Shown here piece after piece: positions 30,739 through 39,772 of a stretch of 43,682 nucleotides of DNA. Source of the DNA: Flavobacteriales bacterium (GTDB lineage: Bacteria > Bacteroidota > Bacteroidia > Flavobacteriales_F > PHOS-HE28); assembly GCA_049290175.1 (NCBI GenBank), contig JBATND010000068.1, positions 1-43,682 of the forward strand, given 5' to 3'. The first letter of the stretch is position 1. Each line of letters starts with the position of its first letter. The notes under the pieces were generated by a model. That model saw nothing but the letters and a program-made list of their open reading frames with translations, made no database searches and was not told where the DNA came from. The position numbers and the translations under genes were made by a program.

Positions 30739-30851
30739 GGTTGGTAAGATACTTCAGGCTTAAGAGGTACAAGTTTGTCCAATAGGATCCGGCGGATTCA
30801 TTCCCACGGCCACGGCCTTTGGACGTTGCCCATCAGGGATCAGATGCTTGT

Positions 30852-31484
30852 TCACACCACCCTGTTCTGCAGCGCCTTCGCCACCGCCTCGCTTTTACTG
30901 TTCACGTGCAACTTGGTGTAGATGTTCTTGATGTGGAAGCGCAGCGTTTCCACGCCGATCTCCAGTTGCGCGGCGGCCATCTTGTAACTGTGGCCGCGCA
31001 CGAGCAAGGAAAGCACATCATGCTCCCGCGCCGTGAGCTTCTGCAGGTCGTCGCTTTTCTTGAATGGCTGTGCGAATAGCGTGAGCACCTTGCGCGCGAT
31101 GCTGGGCGTCATGGGCGCACCACCACCCATGGCCTCGCGGATGCTCTCCAGGATCTTCTCCGGGGCGGTCTGTTTCAAGAGATAGCCTGAGGCACCATGG
31201 CAGATCGCCTGAAACACGTTCTCGTTGTCCTCCATCACGGTGAACATGATCACCATGACACCACTGCCCGCCGCTCGGATGGCTCGGAGTCCTTGGAGCC
31301 CATTCTCCACTGGCATGTCGATATCCATGAGCACGACGTCCGGATGATGATAGCTCACGTGCTTCTCCGCCTTCTGCGCGTTGGTGTAGTGCGCGATCAA
31401 ACGGATATCATCGGTATCCTTCATCAACTCGGCTAGGCTCTCTGCCAAGTCGGTGTTGTCTTCGAAGAGGAGCACGCGGATCAT
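30852..31484 (-). CDS. NarL/LuxR-family response regulator
   Basis: REC motifs IRVLLFEDN, DVVLMDIDMP and GYLLK. C-terminal LuxR HTH (LTAREHDVLSLLVRGHSYKMAAAQLEIGVETLRFHIKNIYTKL). It lies upstream of the kinase on the same strand. Confidence 0.9.
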   Translation of the reverse strand: MIRVLLFEDNTDLAESLAELMKDTDDIRLIAHYTNAQKAEKHVSYHHPDVVLMDIDMPVENGLQGLRAIRAAGSGVMVIMFTVMEDNENVFQAICHGASGYLLKQTAPEKILESIREAMGGGAPMTPSIARKVLTLFAQPFKKSDDLQKLTAREHDVLSLLVRGHSYKMAAAQLEIGVETLRFHIKNIYTKLHVNSKSEAVAKALQNRVV

Positions 31485-31589
31485 GCGGTGGTCGTTGGCG
31501 CAACCGCAAAGTTCGGCCGCGAGCCATCAACGGGCTGCCCCCCTGTTCGTGGGGGAAGCTGTGTTCCCACTTCGTCGGAGACTTGTGCC

Positions 31590-32783
31590 ATGGGCGCATC
31601 CGCATACCGCATCGATCCGAATAGCGGCACATCCGACCGCGCGCCTACTGCCGAAGAGGCCGAGGTCCTGGCCGTGCATGAGCGTTTCTCGCAGAGCTAC
31701 GCCCGCCGCGACCTGGACGGGCGCTTCGCGGTATGTGCCGACGACGTCACCTTCTTCGGGACCGGCCTCCACGAACGCGCCGTGGGGAAGGCGCAGTACA
31801 GGGCGATGAACGAGAAGGGCGTGGAGCAATACCCGCACGCCTTCACCATCGACCACATCTGGCTAGAGGTGCACGTTTGGGGCGACACGGCCTGGGTGGA
31901 AGGCGACACGTATTGGGTCATGGGTGAAGGGGAGGCCAGCACACGCGACATCGTGCGCCAAACGACCATCCTGAAACGCGACAAGGAGCGCTGGCTCGTG
32001 GCCCATGTGCATGGCAGCGATCCGGACTACCGGCTGCGCGAAGGTGAATACATGACTCATGGCAACATCCACGCGCGCAACAAGGAGCTGGAGCGGGAAG
32101 TGATGATGCGCACGGAAGAACTCCGGGTGGAGAAGAAGCGCGGCGATGAGCTGCTGCGGAACATCCTGCCCGCAGAGGTGGCCGAGGAGCTGATGGCGAA
32201 GGGGGAGGCCGAGGCCAAACTGATCGAACACGTCACCGTGCTCTTCACGGATTTCAAGGGCTTCACCGTCATGAGCGAGCAGGTGACGCCCCGGCAGCTG
32301 GTGCATGACCTGCACGAATGCTTCAGTGCCTTCGATAACATCTGTGAACGACACCAACTGGAGAAGATCAAGACCATTGGCGATGCCTACATGGCTGCCG
32401 GTGGATTGCCCACGCCGAACACCACGCACGCCACCGATGTGATCAAGGCCGCGTTGGAGATGCGGGACTTCATAGCGGAATCCAAGGCGCGGAAGGCCGC
32501 GGCCGGTCAGCCGTTCTTCGAGATCCGCATCGGCATTCATACCGGACCGGTGGTGGCGGGCATCGTGGGCGTGAAGAAATTCCAATACGATATCTGGGGG
32601 GACACCGTGAACACGGCGAGCCGGATGGAAAGCAGTGGCGAGGTTGGGCAAGTGAACATCAGCAAAGCGACGTATTCGTTGGTGAAGGAACAGGCGTACC
32701 ACCTATTCGACTTTACACCCCGCGGCAAGGTGCAGATGAAGGGGAAAGGCGCAACTGAAATGTGGTTCGTGGAGCGCGCTTGA
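31590..32783 (+). CDS. class III adenylate cyclase with N-terminal SnoaL/NTF2-like (DUF4440-type) domain
   Basis: ATG 31590. N-terminal VHERFSQSYARRDLDG...WLVAHVHGS has an NTF2-like pattern. Cyclase motifs VLFTDFKGFT, EKIKTIGDAYMAAGG, IGIHTGPVVAGIVG and FQYDIWGDTVNTASRMES. No TM helix. Confidence 0.8.
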   Translation: MGASAYRIDPNSGTSDRAPTAEEAEVLAVHERFSQSYARRDLDGRFAVCADDVTFFGTGLHERAVGKAQYRAMNEKGVEQYPHAFTIDHIWLEVHVWGDTAWVEGDTYWVMGEGEASTRDIVRQTTILKRDKERWLVAHVHGSDPDYRLREGEYMTHGNIHARNKELEREVMMRTEELRVEKKRGDELLRNILPAEVAEELMAKGEAEAKLIEHVTVLFTDFKGFTVMSEQVTPRQLVHDLHECFSAFDNICERHQLEKIKTIGDAYMAAGGLPTPNTTHATDVIKAALEMRDFIAESKARKAAAGQPFFEIRIGIHTGPVVAGIVGVKKFQYDIWGDTVNTASRMESSGEVGQVNISKATYSLVKEQAYHLFDFTPRGKVQMKGKGATEMWFVERA

Positions 32784-32798
32784 GCTCCGTACCAAACA

Positions 32799-33686
32799 CT
32801 ACCCCTTCCCGATCCGTACGCTCGTCATCGTCAACGAGCCCGCCAGCGCCTGATCATTGAAGAGCGTGGCTTGCTCATCCTTGCGCTGCAGAGCCAGCAC
32901 ATAAAGCAAGGGCAGGAAATGCTCGCCGCTGTTGATCGCAAGGTCGAAGGCGCGACCTTGATTGCGGTAGCCGGTGAGCGGTGCATGGTCGCCGGTGGTG
33001 ATTGCGCGCTTCATCTTCTCGCTGGCCTCTTGCGCCCAGTCGAAAGCGAAGGGCTGATCGAGTTTGTTCCAATCGACCATGCCCAGGTTATGCACCATGT
33101 TGCCGCTGCCGATGATGAGCACGCCCTTGTCGCGCAGCGTGGCGATCTCCTTCGCGAGCGCGTAATGCTGTTCCGGCGATAGGCCGCGATCGATGCTCAT
33201 CTGGATAATGGGCACGTCGGCATTCGGATAGAGGTGCTTCACCACGCTCCATGCGCCATGGTCGAGGCCCCAGCTCTGATCCAAACCAACGGCGGCGCTC
33301 TTGATCAACTGCTTGGTCTCGTTGGCCAGCTCCGGACTGCCGGGCGCGGGATATTGCACATCGATCAGCGCCTTGGGGAAACCGCCGAAGTCGTGGATAG
33401 TGCGCGGCTTGGCCATCGCGGTGACGAATGTCCCGCGGGTTTCCCAATGCGCGCTCACGCACAGGATCGCGCTCGGCTTCGGTAGATCACGTGCTTGCTG
33501 GCGGAAGCCTTGCACGAAGGCGTTCTCCTCGATCGCATTCATCGGACTGCCATGTCCGAGGAAGAGCACAGGCATGCGTTCGCTCAGCGGCAGCTCATCT
33601 ACCAGAGCAGACAGTGCGTTCAGTTTCATGGTGGTGCCGGCCAAGGGAATGGCCGCCAAGCTGGTAAGGAATCTTTTGCGGTCCAT
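32799..33686 (-). CDS. 4,5-DOPA dioxygenase extradiol-like (LigB/YgiD family class III extradiol dioxygenase)
   Basis: ATG (complement) 33684-33686 gives a Tat/Sec-like MDRKRFLTSLAAIPLAG. Motifs PVLFLGHGSPMNAIE, LCVSAHWET, GLDHGAWSV and SGNMVHNL. Confidence 0.8.
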   Translation of the reverse strand: MDRKRFLTSLAAIPLAGTTMKLNALSALVDELPLSERMPVLFLGHGSPMNAIEENAFVQGFRQQARDLPKPSAILCVSAHWETRGTFVTAMAKPRTIHDFGGFPKALIDVQYPAPGSPELANETKQLIKSAAVGLDQSWGLDHGAWSVVKHLYPNADVPIIQMSIDRGLSPEQHYALAKEIATLRDKGVLIIGSGNMVHNLGMVDWNKLDQPFAFDWAQEASEKMKRAITTGDHAPLTGYRNQGRAFDLAINSGEHFLPLLYVLALQRKDEQATLFNDQALAGSLTMTSVRIGKG

Positions 33687-33829
33687 GAGCAGGCAAAGGT
33701 GTGGAGGAGCTTGGCCGCTTCCGACCAGCGCGCATGCGTGAATCGGACCGGGCAGGACAAACGGCATCTGAACCGGAATCGGATGGTCGGTGTTCACATG
33801 CCACAAAGCAGCATGACATTCGCGCCGCC

Positions 33830-34180
33830 ATGAAGACCTTCTACTACCTCGGCACCTGCTCCACCTGCGAGCGCATCATGAAAGGCATCAACCTCAAGGG
33901 CTTCACCTTGCGCGAGATCAAGGGCGATCCCATCACCGCCAAAGAGCTCGAAGCCATGAAGAAGCTCGCGGGCAGCTACGAGGCGCTTTTCAGCCGCGTG
34001 GCCTTGAAGTACCGCAGCATGGGGCTGAACGAAATGAAGCTCACCGAGAAGGACTACCGGAAGTACATCCTGCAGGAATATACCTTCCTCAAGCGGCCGG
34101 TGATGGTGCTTGATGATCGGATCTTCATCGGCAATGGCAAGAATGTGGTGAAGGCGATGGAAGAGGCGGCAAGCCAGTAG
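33830..34180 (+). CDS. ArsC/Spx-family (arsenate-reductase-like thioredoxin-fold) protein
   Basis: ATG 33830. MKTFYYLGTCSTCERI carries a CxxC motif. FLKRPVMVLDDRIFIG is a typical family motif. 116 aa. Confidence 0.7.
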   Translation: MKTFYYLGTCSTCERIMKGINLKGFTLREIKGDPITAKELEAMKKLAGSYEALFSRVALKYRSMGLNEMKLTEKDYRKYILQEYTFLKRPVMVLDDRIFIGNGKNVVKAMEEAASQ

Positions 34181-34208
34181 CGCCTTCGTTCTGATCCTCC
34201 TGAAAGCA

Positions 34209-34242
34209 CAGAGCCCGCGATGGAAATCCATCGCGGGCTCTG
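34209..34242. terminator. bidirectional hairpin between convergent genes
   Basis: cagagcccgcgatgga / tccatcgcgggctctg are perfect 16-nt inverted arms (effective stem ~14 bp). It lies between stops at 34180 (+) and 34259 (-). Confidence 0.7.
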
Positions 34243-34258
34243 CCGTGGTGCCGAATGC

Positions 34259-35590
34259 TTAGCGCTGCACCACCAGTTTCGCTTGGCGCAGCGTTGCACC
34301 ATCCTGAACGGTGAGCACGTAGGTGCCAGCACTCAGGCCGTGTACCTCAATCATGCCGTTCACCAAGGTGCTTTGCTGCATGATACGTCCCTGCACATCG
34401 GTGATCGCGTAGGCGGCGCGTGCGTCCTGCGCGGCAACACGAACCATATCGTTCGCCGGGTTGGGGCCGATGGCGATGGGCTGCAACGCCTGCTCCGCCA
34501 CGCCGGTGACCACTTCCACATCGGCTACGAAGCGTGGCAGGATGCGCCACTCACTGAAGGCGTACTGCAGTACCCCGGTGATGTTGTAGGACTGGCCCAC
34601 CACAAAGGGATGCGCATAGATCACATCGTCAACCAGCACAGGGCCGCTGCCATCGTTCACGGTGAATTGGCCGAAGCCGCCCTCCGCGGTGCAATTGGCC
34701 GCATTCACCTTCACGAGCACGCTCTCGTAGGGTTCGGTATTGCCATCGAGGGTGCTGATCACGGTAGGCGCTACCGCATTGCCGCTGGTGAGCGTGACAA
34801 TGTTGAGCACCGAGCTCAGCTGCGTTTGGCCGTTGAACTCGACCACGGTACCGGTTACGGTGACCTCGTCGCCAATGGCAATCGCACCGGGTGTTGCGAA
34901 CACGAATAGGCCGGTCCAAGGACCAACGCCATCCTGCAGGTAGAAGCCGTTGGCGAGCAACGCGCTCACCAGGCCTTGCGTGATCACGGTGGTGCCTGTC
35001 AAGGGCGAGGCGCCATCTGGAGCAGTGGTCTCCTGGATCTCCATGATGGTCGCCGGGGTGGGCGGCACCACTTCCAGCGCCGTGATGGTGACATCATCAA
35101 CCACCAGATGCTCGGGGGCCACGGTGCTCTGCACGCTGAGGATGAACTCGGCATTGCCCGCATCCACGGCAGCGGTCATGTTCAGCGTTACTTCCTGCCA
35201 GGTGTTGCCCGTGATGGTGACGAAGGCCGTGGGGTTGTACGATGCATAACCACTACCGGTGGGGCGTCCATCGTACAGGCCCACGCGGATCTGACCTTCA
35301 CCGCGCACCCAGAAGTTGATCTCATACTCCTGGTTGGCGGTCACGCTCAATACTTGGGTGGTGAAGCGCTGGTGACCGGTGCTCGCCTTGATCAAGCGCA
35401 CGGCGAAATCGCCGCCATGCACATCAGTGCTCACCTGCTCCACGCCGTTCTGGGGCAGATTGCTTCGGCTGCCGTACCAATCGGTGGGAAGGTTGTCGGC
35501 CCAATCCTCGAAGCCGCTGGTGAAGATGACTTGGCCGAGCGCGCTCGTGGAGAGCAGCGCTGCGAATGCGAGAAGGGTAATGTGTCTCAT
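34259..35590 (-). CDS. T9SS-secreted protein with nuclease-N-terminal-like OB-fold module
   Basis: Signal peptide MRHITLLAFAALLSTSALGQ. The module TIMEIQE...GFYLQDGVGPWTGLFVF...IGDEVTVTGTVVEFNGQTQL resembles the N-terminal module of ExeM/NucH-type extracellular nucleases. T9SS CTD IAIGPNPANDMVRV...GTYVLTVQDG. Confidence 0.7.
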   Translation of the reverse strand: MRHITLLAFAALLSTSALGQVIFTSGFEDWADNLPTDWYGSRSNLPQNGVEQVSTDVHGGDFAVRLIKASTGHQRFTTQVLSVTANQEYEINFWVRGEGQIRVGLYDGRPTGSGYASYNPTAFVTITGNTWQEVTLNMTAAVDAGNAEFILSVQSTVAPEHLVVDDVTITALEVVPPTPATIMEIQETTAPDGASPLTGTTVITQGLVSALLANGFYLQDGVGPWTGLFVFATPGAIAIGDEVTVTGTVVEFNGQTQLSSVLNIVTLTSGNAVAPTVISTLDGNTEPYESVLVKVNAANCTAEGGFGQFTVNDGSGPVLVDDVIYAHPFVVGQSYNITGVLQYAFSEWRILPRFVADVEVVTGVAEQALQPIAIGPNPANDMVRVAAQDARAAYAITDVQGRIMQQSTLVNGMIEVHGLSAGTYVLTVQDGATLRQAKLVVQR

Positions 35591-35623
35591 GGGGTCAGGG
35601 GTGTTAGTGCGTTGGTGATGCGA

Positions 35624-36922
35624 TCACTGGATCGCGACGTCATCAATACGGAAGTTGGTGGTTTGTCCGCCGCTGCCACTGCCGGTGTACCGGAATCCGA
35701 CAACGAAGCTGCCGCTGAAGCCCATTGGCAGCGCGGTGCTCAGGTCAACGGGGCCGCTATTCACCCACACTTGGTCGGCCGTGCTCGGAGTGGCATAGTC
35801 GCAGGTGAGTGGGGTCCAGGTGGCGGTGGCCAGATTCAGGCCCGTGTAATTGGTGCTCACGAACAATGCGAAGGGATCGTGTCCCGCAACACCGAAGCCA
35901 CGCTGACTGCGGAAGCTGAGCAGCATGCCGGGCTGGAAATTCACCGGGGCGGTGATCAACCAAGACACATCACTGGCATTGCCGCTGCCGAACGAAGTGG
36001 CCTGCACGGCCATATTGCCACTCACGCTGGTGCCGCGCCAGAAGCGGCTTCCCACTTGGGCCTGATTGTTCCAGCAATCGACAACGAAATCGACATTGGT
36101 CACTGCGGTCGAGAAGTCCTGCACAAGGCTAGAGACGCCATCGCACGGTTGCGGGCAAGGTGCGCAGCGGTCGTCGTTCATCTGCACGTCGCTCACCTTG
36201 CGGATGAAGAGCTGCATGTCGTCGTTGAATTGGCCAACCACCGCAACCATGCTCCCAGCGCCGCTGGGCAGCTGCTGTCCCGCGAAGTTGGAGTAGCCGC
36301 TATTGCGCACGAGCAAGGTTCCGGAGCAATCGGTGAGCGTGCGGTTCACCGTGGCTTGGCTGGCTGCATCGGCATAGGTGAGCCCATTGCATGCTTCGCT
36401 CACCGCGAACTCAACGCCTTCGAGCCGCACCAGCTTGGCCTGCAGCGGATGGCTCCATGCCGGGCTGTAGGTGGTGTTGATCTCGGCGATGGTGACCACT
36501 TGCGGCTGCTTCTGCACGCCCGCTGCCTGCTTCACCACGTTGTTGTCCACGTCCACGTTGTCGAGCTGGAGCAGGCCATTGTATGCGCCGAGTATGGTGC
36601 CGGGCAGGTAGATCCGGATGCTATCGCCTTGGTAGAGGCCGCCACTGTTGATCAAGCGCAGCACGATCGCACCGGTATGGTCCTGCACGTAAACGTTCTT
36701 GTACAGGTTGCCGCTCTCTTCATCGGCGGTCACCACGGCATACACGCTGCTGTCGCCTGTGAAGGTGTGGCTGACGCCTGTGTAGAGCGCGCGCAGCTCG
36801 GCCACGGTCATCACCTGCCCTGTGGGCAAGGTGCGCACCGGCGGCGAATCAAGCTCCTTCTCGCAGCCAACGAGGATGAGGAGTGCAGCGGAAGAAAGGG
36901 CGATGGCGAGGTTGCGGATCAT
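35624..36922 (-). CDS. lipoprotein, DUF5689-like N-terminal modules plus choice-of-anchor-J-like C-terminal domain
   Basis: ATG (complement) 36920-36922 gives lipobox MIRNLAIALSSAALLILVGC. Modules VMTVAELRALYTG...NVYVQDHTGAIVLRL...GDSIRIYLPG..YNGLLQL. The C-terminal WNNQ...GSRFWRG...WLITAPV pattern. The track start at 37072 overlaps the receptor gene. Confidence 0.65.
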   Translation of the reverse strand: MIRNLAIALSSAALLILVGCEKELDSPPVRTLPTGQVMTVAELRALYTGVSHTFTGDSSVYAVVTADEESGNLYKNVYVQDHTGAIVLRLINSGGLYQGDSIRIYLPGTILGAYNGLLQLDNVDVDNNVVKQAAGVQKQPQVVTIAEINTTYSPAWSHPLQAKLVRLEGVEFAVSEACNGLTYADAASQATVNRTLTDCSGTLLVRNSGYSNFAGQQLPSGAGSMVAVVGQFNDDMQLFIRKVSDVQMNDDRCAPCPQPCDGVSSLVQDFSTAVTNVDFVVDCWNNQAQVGSRFWRGTSVSGNMAVQATSFGSGNASDVSWLITAPVNFQPGMLLSFRSQRGFGVAGHDPFALFVSTNYTGLNLATATWTPLTCDYATPSTADQVWVNSGPVDLSTALPMGFSGSFVVGFRYTGSGSGGQTTNFRIDDVAIQ

Positions 36923-36947
36923 CGGAAAGAGGAAGTGTGCGTTGTGG

Positions 36948-39506
36948 TCAGAAGCTGAAGGTGAGCATGCCGAAGTAGTTCCGGCCAAAGAGGTAGCTGT
37001 ACTTCGGCGGGAAGCGATCGGGATCCATGCGGTCGTAGCGCAGCTGCTCGAAGCCGCCCACGCGGAAATCACGATTGTTGAGCACGTTGCTCACGGAGAA
37101 GTTCACCGCCAAGCGGTACTTGCGCTTGAACATCCAGCTCTTGCCGGCGAAGAGATCCACCGTGAGGTTGTCGTCGAGGCGCGTCTGCTCCAGCAGGCCG
37201 CTCCATTGCGGGTCGCTGTCAACCAGGTTCTCCAATGCTTCTTGCGTGCGGCGATCTGGGTTGGGGTCCAGGTAGATGTGGCGGAAGTGGTTGGCGCTGG
37301 CGCCGGCGAACCAGAATTTGGGCGAGTTGTAGCGCAGCCCGAGCGACGATGCGCTCTGCGGCATGCCTCCTACGCGGTAGCCCTTCCAATACACGGTGCG
37401 GTCCTTCGCGAACACTTCTTCGCTGTTGTTGCGCGTAACGGTTGCCGTGGGCCGCGAATCATAGCGGTAATCGCCGCCTGCATGCACTGCAGTGAGCTGC
37501 CAAGTGCTGGTGAGGTTGGCCTCCAAGCCAAGCTCGATGCCTTGATGCACCTGATCAACACCGGTCATGCTGTAGTTCACGATGGTGAGGAACTCATCGT
37601 GGTAATAGCTGCGGTTCCACACCTGATTGGCGATACGCGAATAGTAGAGCGTGGCCCTGCCCTTGATCTTCGGCGCCTTCAGCACGTAGCTCACATCCAC
37701 GCCGCTGGCTCTTTCTTGTGTGAGTCCGCTCACCACGGCGTCGCGCACACGCGGCGCCAAATAAGCCACATTGCTTGCAGGTGGACGCACGATCTGGGCG
37801 AGGTTCGCCGTGATGAAGTGGCGCCCTGTGAGCTTGTAGATCGCGCCAGCCTTGAGCCCGTAGCCTATGAAGGACTGCTTCGCTGATGTTCCGAACGAGT
37901 TATCGGGGAAGCGGCCGTTGCGCATGTTGCCTTCGCGCCAGAAGCTGGTGCTCGATAGGTCCACGCCGATGTAAGCCTCCAGCCGCGTCCACTTGCGCTC
38001 CCATTGGCCGAAGAGGTTCGCGAAGCGCGTATGGATGTTGTAGTCGTGGCCGAACACATCGCCCTCACGGATGAGCTTATTGGTCGTGCTCAGGTCGTTC
38101 TGCGAGATGAGCGTGTCGTTGAAATCGCGGTCGGCGAACTGATCGATGTCGAGCCAGAAATCGCCGCCCAGCAGGTCGTTCATCACGCGGAAATAGTGCG
38201 TCTTCTGCTGATGGAAGCTGGCGCCGATCGTCACATGCGTGCGGTCGTTCAAAGCCTTGTCCCACACGCTGTTCAGTCCGAATCGCGTCGGGTCCTGACG
38301 CACTTCTTCGACCACGTACTTGCTGCGGTTGCCAGTGACCGTATTGCCTGCGATGCCGTTCGCATTCTCCACCTGATAGATGTTCTTGCGATTGGCGAAC
38401 CAGAACTGGTCCCAGTTGAGCTGGCGCGTGTTCACATCGTTCTGCCAAGCACGGGTCTGCGGGGCGAACTGCTCGCTGTCCTGGAACCGGAAATAGCTGG
38501 GCAAGTAGCGGTAGTAGTCCGGACGCGGATCCTTCGCATCGAACCAGTTCAGGCCAGTGAGGCCATCGCGGCCGAAGGTGTAGTAGGCCGAAGTGGTGAG
38601 CCTCGTGGCCGCACTCACCTGCATGCGATGGGTGAGCAGGATCATCGGCTTATGGTCGCGGCTCATCTTAGCGTTGCGCTTCTGGCCGTCCTGATAGCCC
38701 CAATTCGGATTGTACCAAGGATTATCGGTCAGGTCGTAGGCCTCTTGCACCGCCAATGCTTGCCTTCCTTGTGAGATAGCCGCACCGAAAGCGCTCAGGC
38801 TGATGGAGTGCTTTGCATTGATGATCTTCTCTGCGCCGAGGTAATAGGAGTAGGCATCGAAAGGAGTGCCTTCGACATAGCCCTCTTCCGCCCAGCGTCG
38901 CGAACCGCTCACCGCGAACGACCAGCCCTTGGGGTTCACACCGGTTGCATAAGTGAACATGGCGCGGTTGCGATAGGCCCGGTTCGCGCTGGCATACGAA
39001 GCGCGCACGCCCTTGCGCAAAGCGCTTGGCCGTATGTCCATATCCGTGGTTCCGCCCAGCCCCCCAAACACCAAGCGGCTAGGACCGATACCCGTGCGCA
39101 CCTGCATCCAGCGGGTCACATCGTTGAGACCGGCCCAGTTGCTCCATACGGCCCAGCCCGTCTCAAGGTCGTTCACGCGCACGCCATTGATGGTCACGAT
39201 GGTGTTCTCCCCGTCGTAGCCGCGAATGCGGAAGCGAGCCTGGCCGAAATTGAAGCCCGCCACAGCCGTGAAGGGGTCGCGGGAAGATTGCAGGATGCCG
39301 CTGATGTCCTGATTACCCAATTCGCCGTCGAGGTCGTCGGTGGTGAGGGTGAACACAGGCAGCTGCGGGCGGTTAGCCGCTGAGGTGTCCGGAGCAGCCG
39401 GGTTCAAGAGCGTGTCAATCTGCGCTTGAGCGCCAAGGGCCGGCAGGATGGCCAGCAGAATCAGCGGCAAACGCTTGAAGCAAAGCGAGTAAAGGTTCCG
39501 GTTCAT
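36948..39506 (-). CDS. TonB-dependent outer-membrane receptor
   Basis: ATG (complement) 39504-39506 gives signal peptide MNRNLYSLCFKRLPLILLAILPALGAQAQ. Plug-like region (RIRGYDGENTIVTINGVRVND). Long beta-barrel ending in YFGMLTFSF with a terminal aromatic residue. Confidence 0.85.
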   Translation of the reverse strand: MNRNLYSLCFKRLPLILLAILPALGAQAQIDTLLNPAAPDTSAANRPQLPVFTLTTDDLDGELGNQDISGILQSSRDPFTAVAGFNFGQARFRIRGYDGENTIVTINGVRVNDLETGWAVWSNWAGLNDVTRWMQVRTGIGPSRLVFGGLGGTTDMDIRPSALRKGVRASYASANRAYRNRAMFTYATGVNPKGWSFAVSGSRRWAEEGYVEGTPFDAYSYYLGAEKIINAKHSISLSAFGAAISQGRQALAVQEAYDLTDNPWYNPNWGYQDGQKRNAKMSRDHKPMILLTHRMQVSAATRLTTSAYYTFGRDGLTGLNWFDAKDPRPDYYRYLPSYFRFQDSEQFAPQTRAWQNDVNTRQLNWDQFWFANRKNIYQVENANGIAGNTVTGNRSKYVVEEVRQDPTRFGLNSVWDKALNDRTHVTIGASFHQQKTHYFRVMNDLLGGDFWLDIDQFADRDFNDTLISQNDLSTTNKLIREGDVFGHDYNIHTRFANLFGQWERKWTRLEAYIGVDLSSTSFWREGNMRNGRFPDNSFGTSAKQSFIGYGLKAGAIYKLTGRHFITANLAQIVRPPASNVAYLAPRVRDAVVSGLTQERASGVDVSYVLKAPKIKGRATLYYSRIANQVWNRSYYHDEFLTIVNYSMTGVDQVHQGIELGLEANLTSTWQLTAVHAGGDYRYDSRPTATVTRNNSEEVFAKDRTVYWKGYRVGGMPQSASSLGLRYNSPKFWFAGASANHFRHIYLDPNPDRRTQEALENLVDSDPQWSGLLEQTRLDDNLTVDLFAGKSWMFKRKYRLAVNFSVSNVLNNRDFRVGGFEQLRYDRMDPDRFPPKYSYLFGRNYFGMLTFSF

Positions 39507-39772
39507 GTGGGCGTAGGGGGCGCCGTAGAGGGGTGAATCTGCGTCAGACCAAGGGCAGGGCCTTTTCGCGGGGCGCCAAAAGTAGCCGAGCATCAGTAGG
39601 TTGATATGTATCGAGTGGGTTAATTCTATGGCACGAACCGACGGGCTTGCTTTACCGTACCAACGTCCTGTTTTCACCGCACATAAGCGCCTGAACAGTA
39701 ATGGGTTTGAGTAGATTCGCCCTCCCTTGCCCAGAAGGGTCCCGTGCTTTCGGGGCCCGACGCTTCTGAACC

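Noticed and set aside
34976-36958. A 660-aa plus-strand ORF spanning two minus-strand genes.
   Set aside because: It crosses the intergenic gap between two well-supported minus-strand genes that have a signal peptide, a lipobox and a T9SS CTD. It has no signal, motif or sensible start context, so it is a high-GC antisense artefact.
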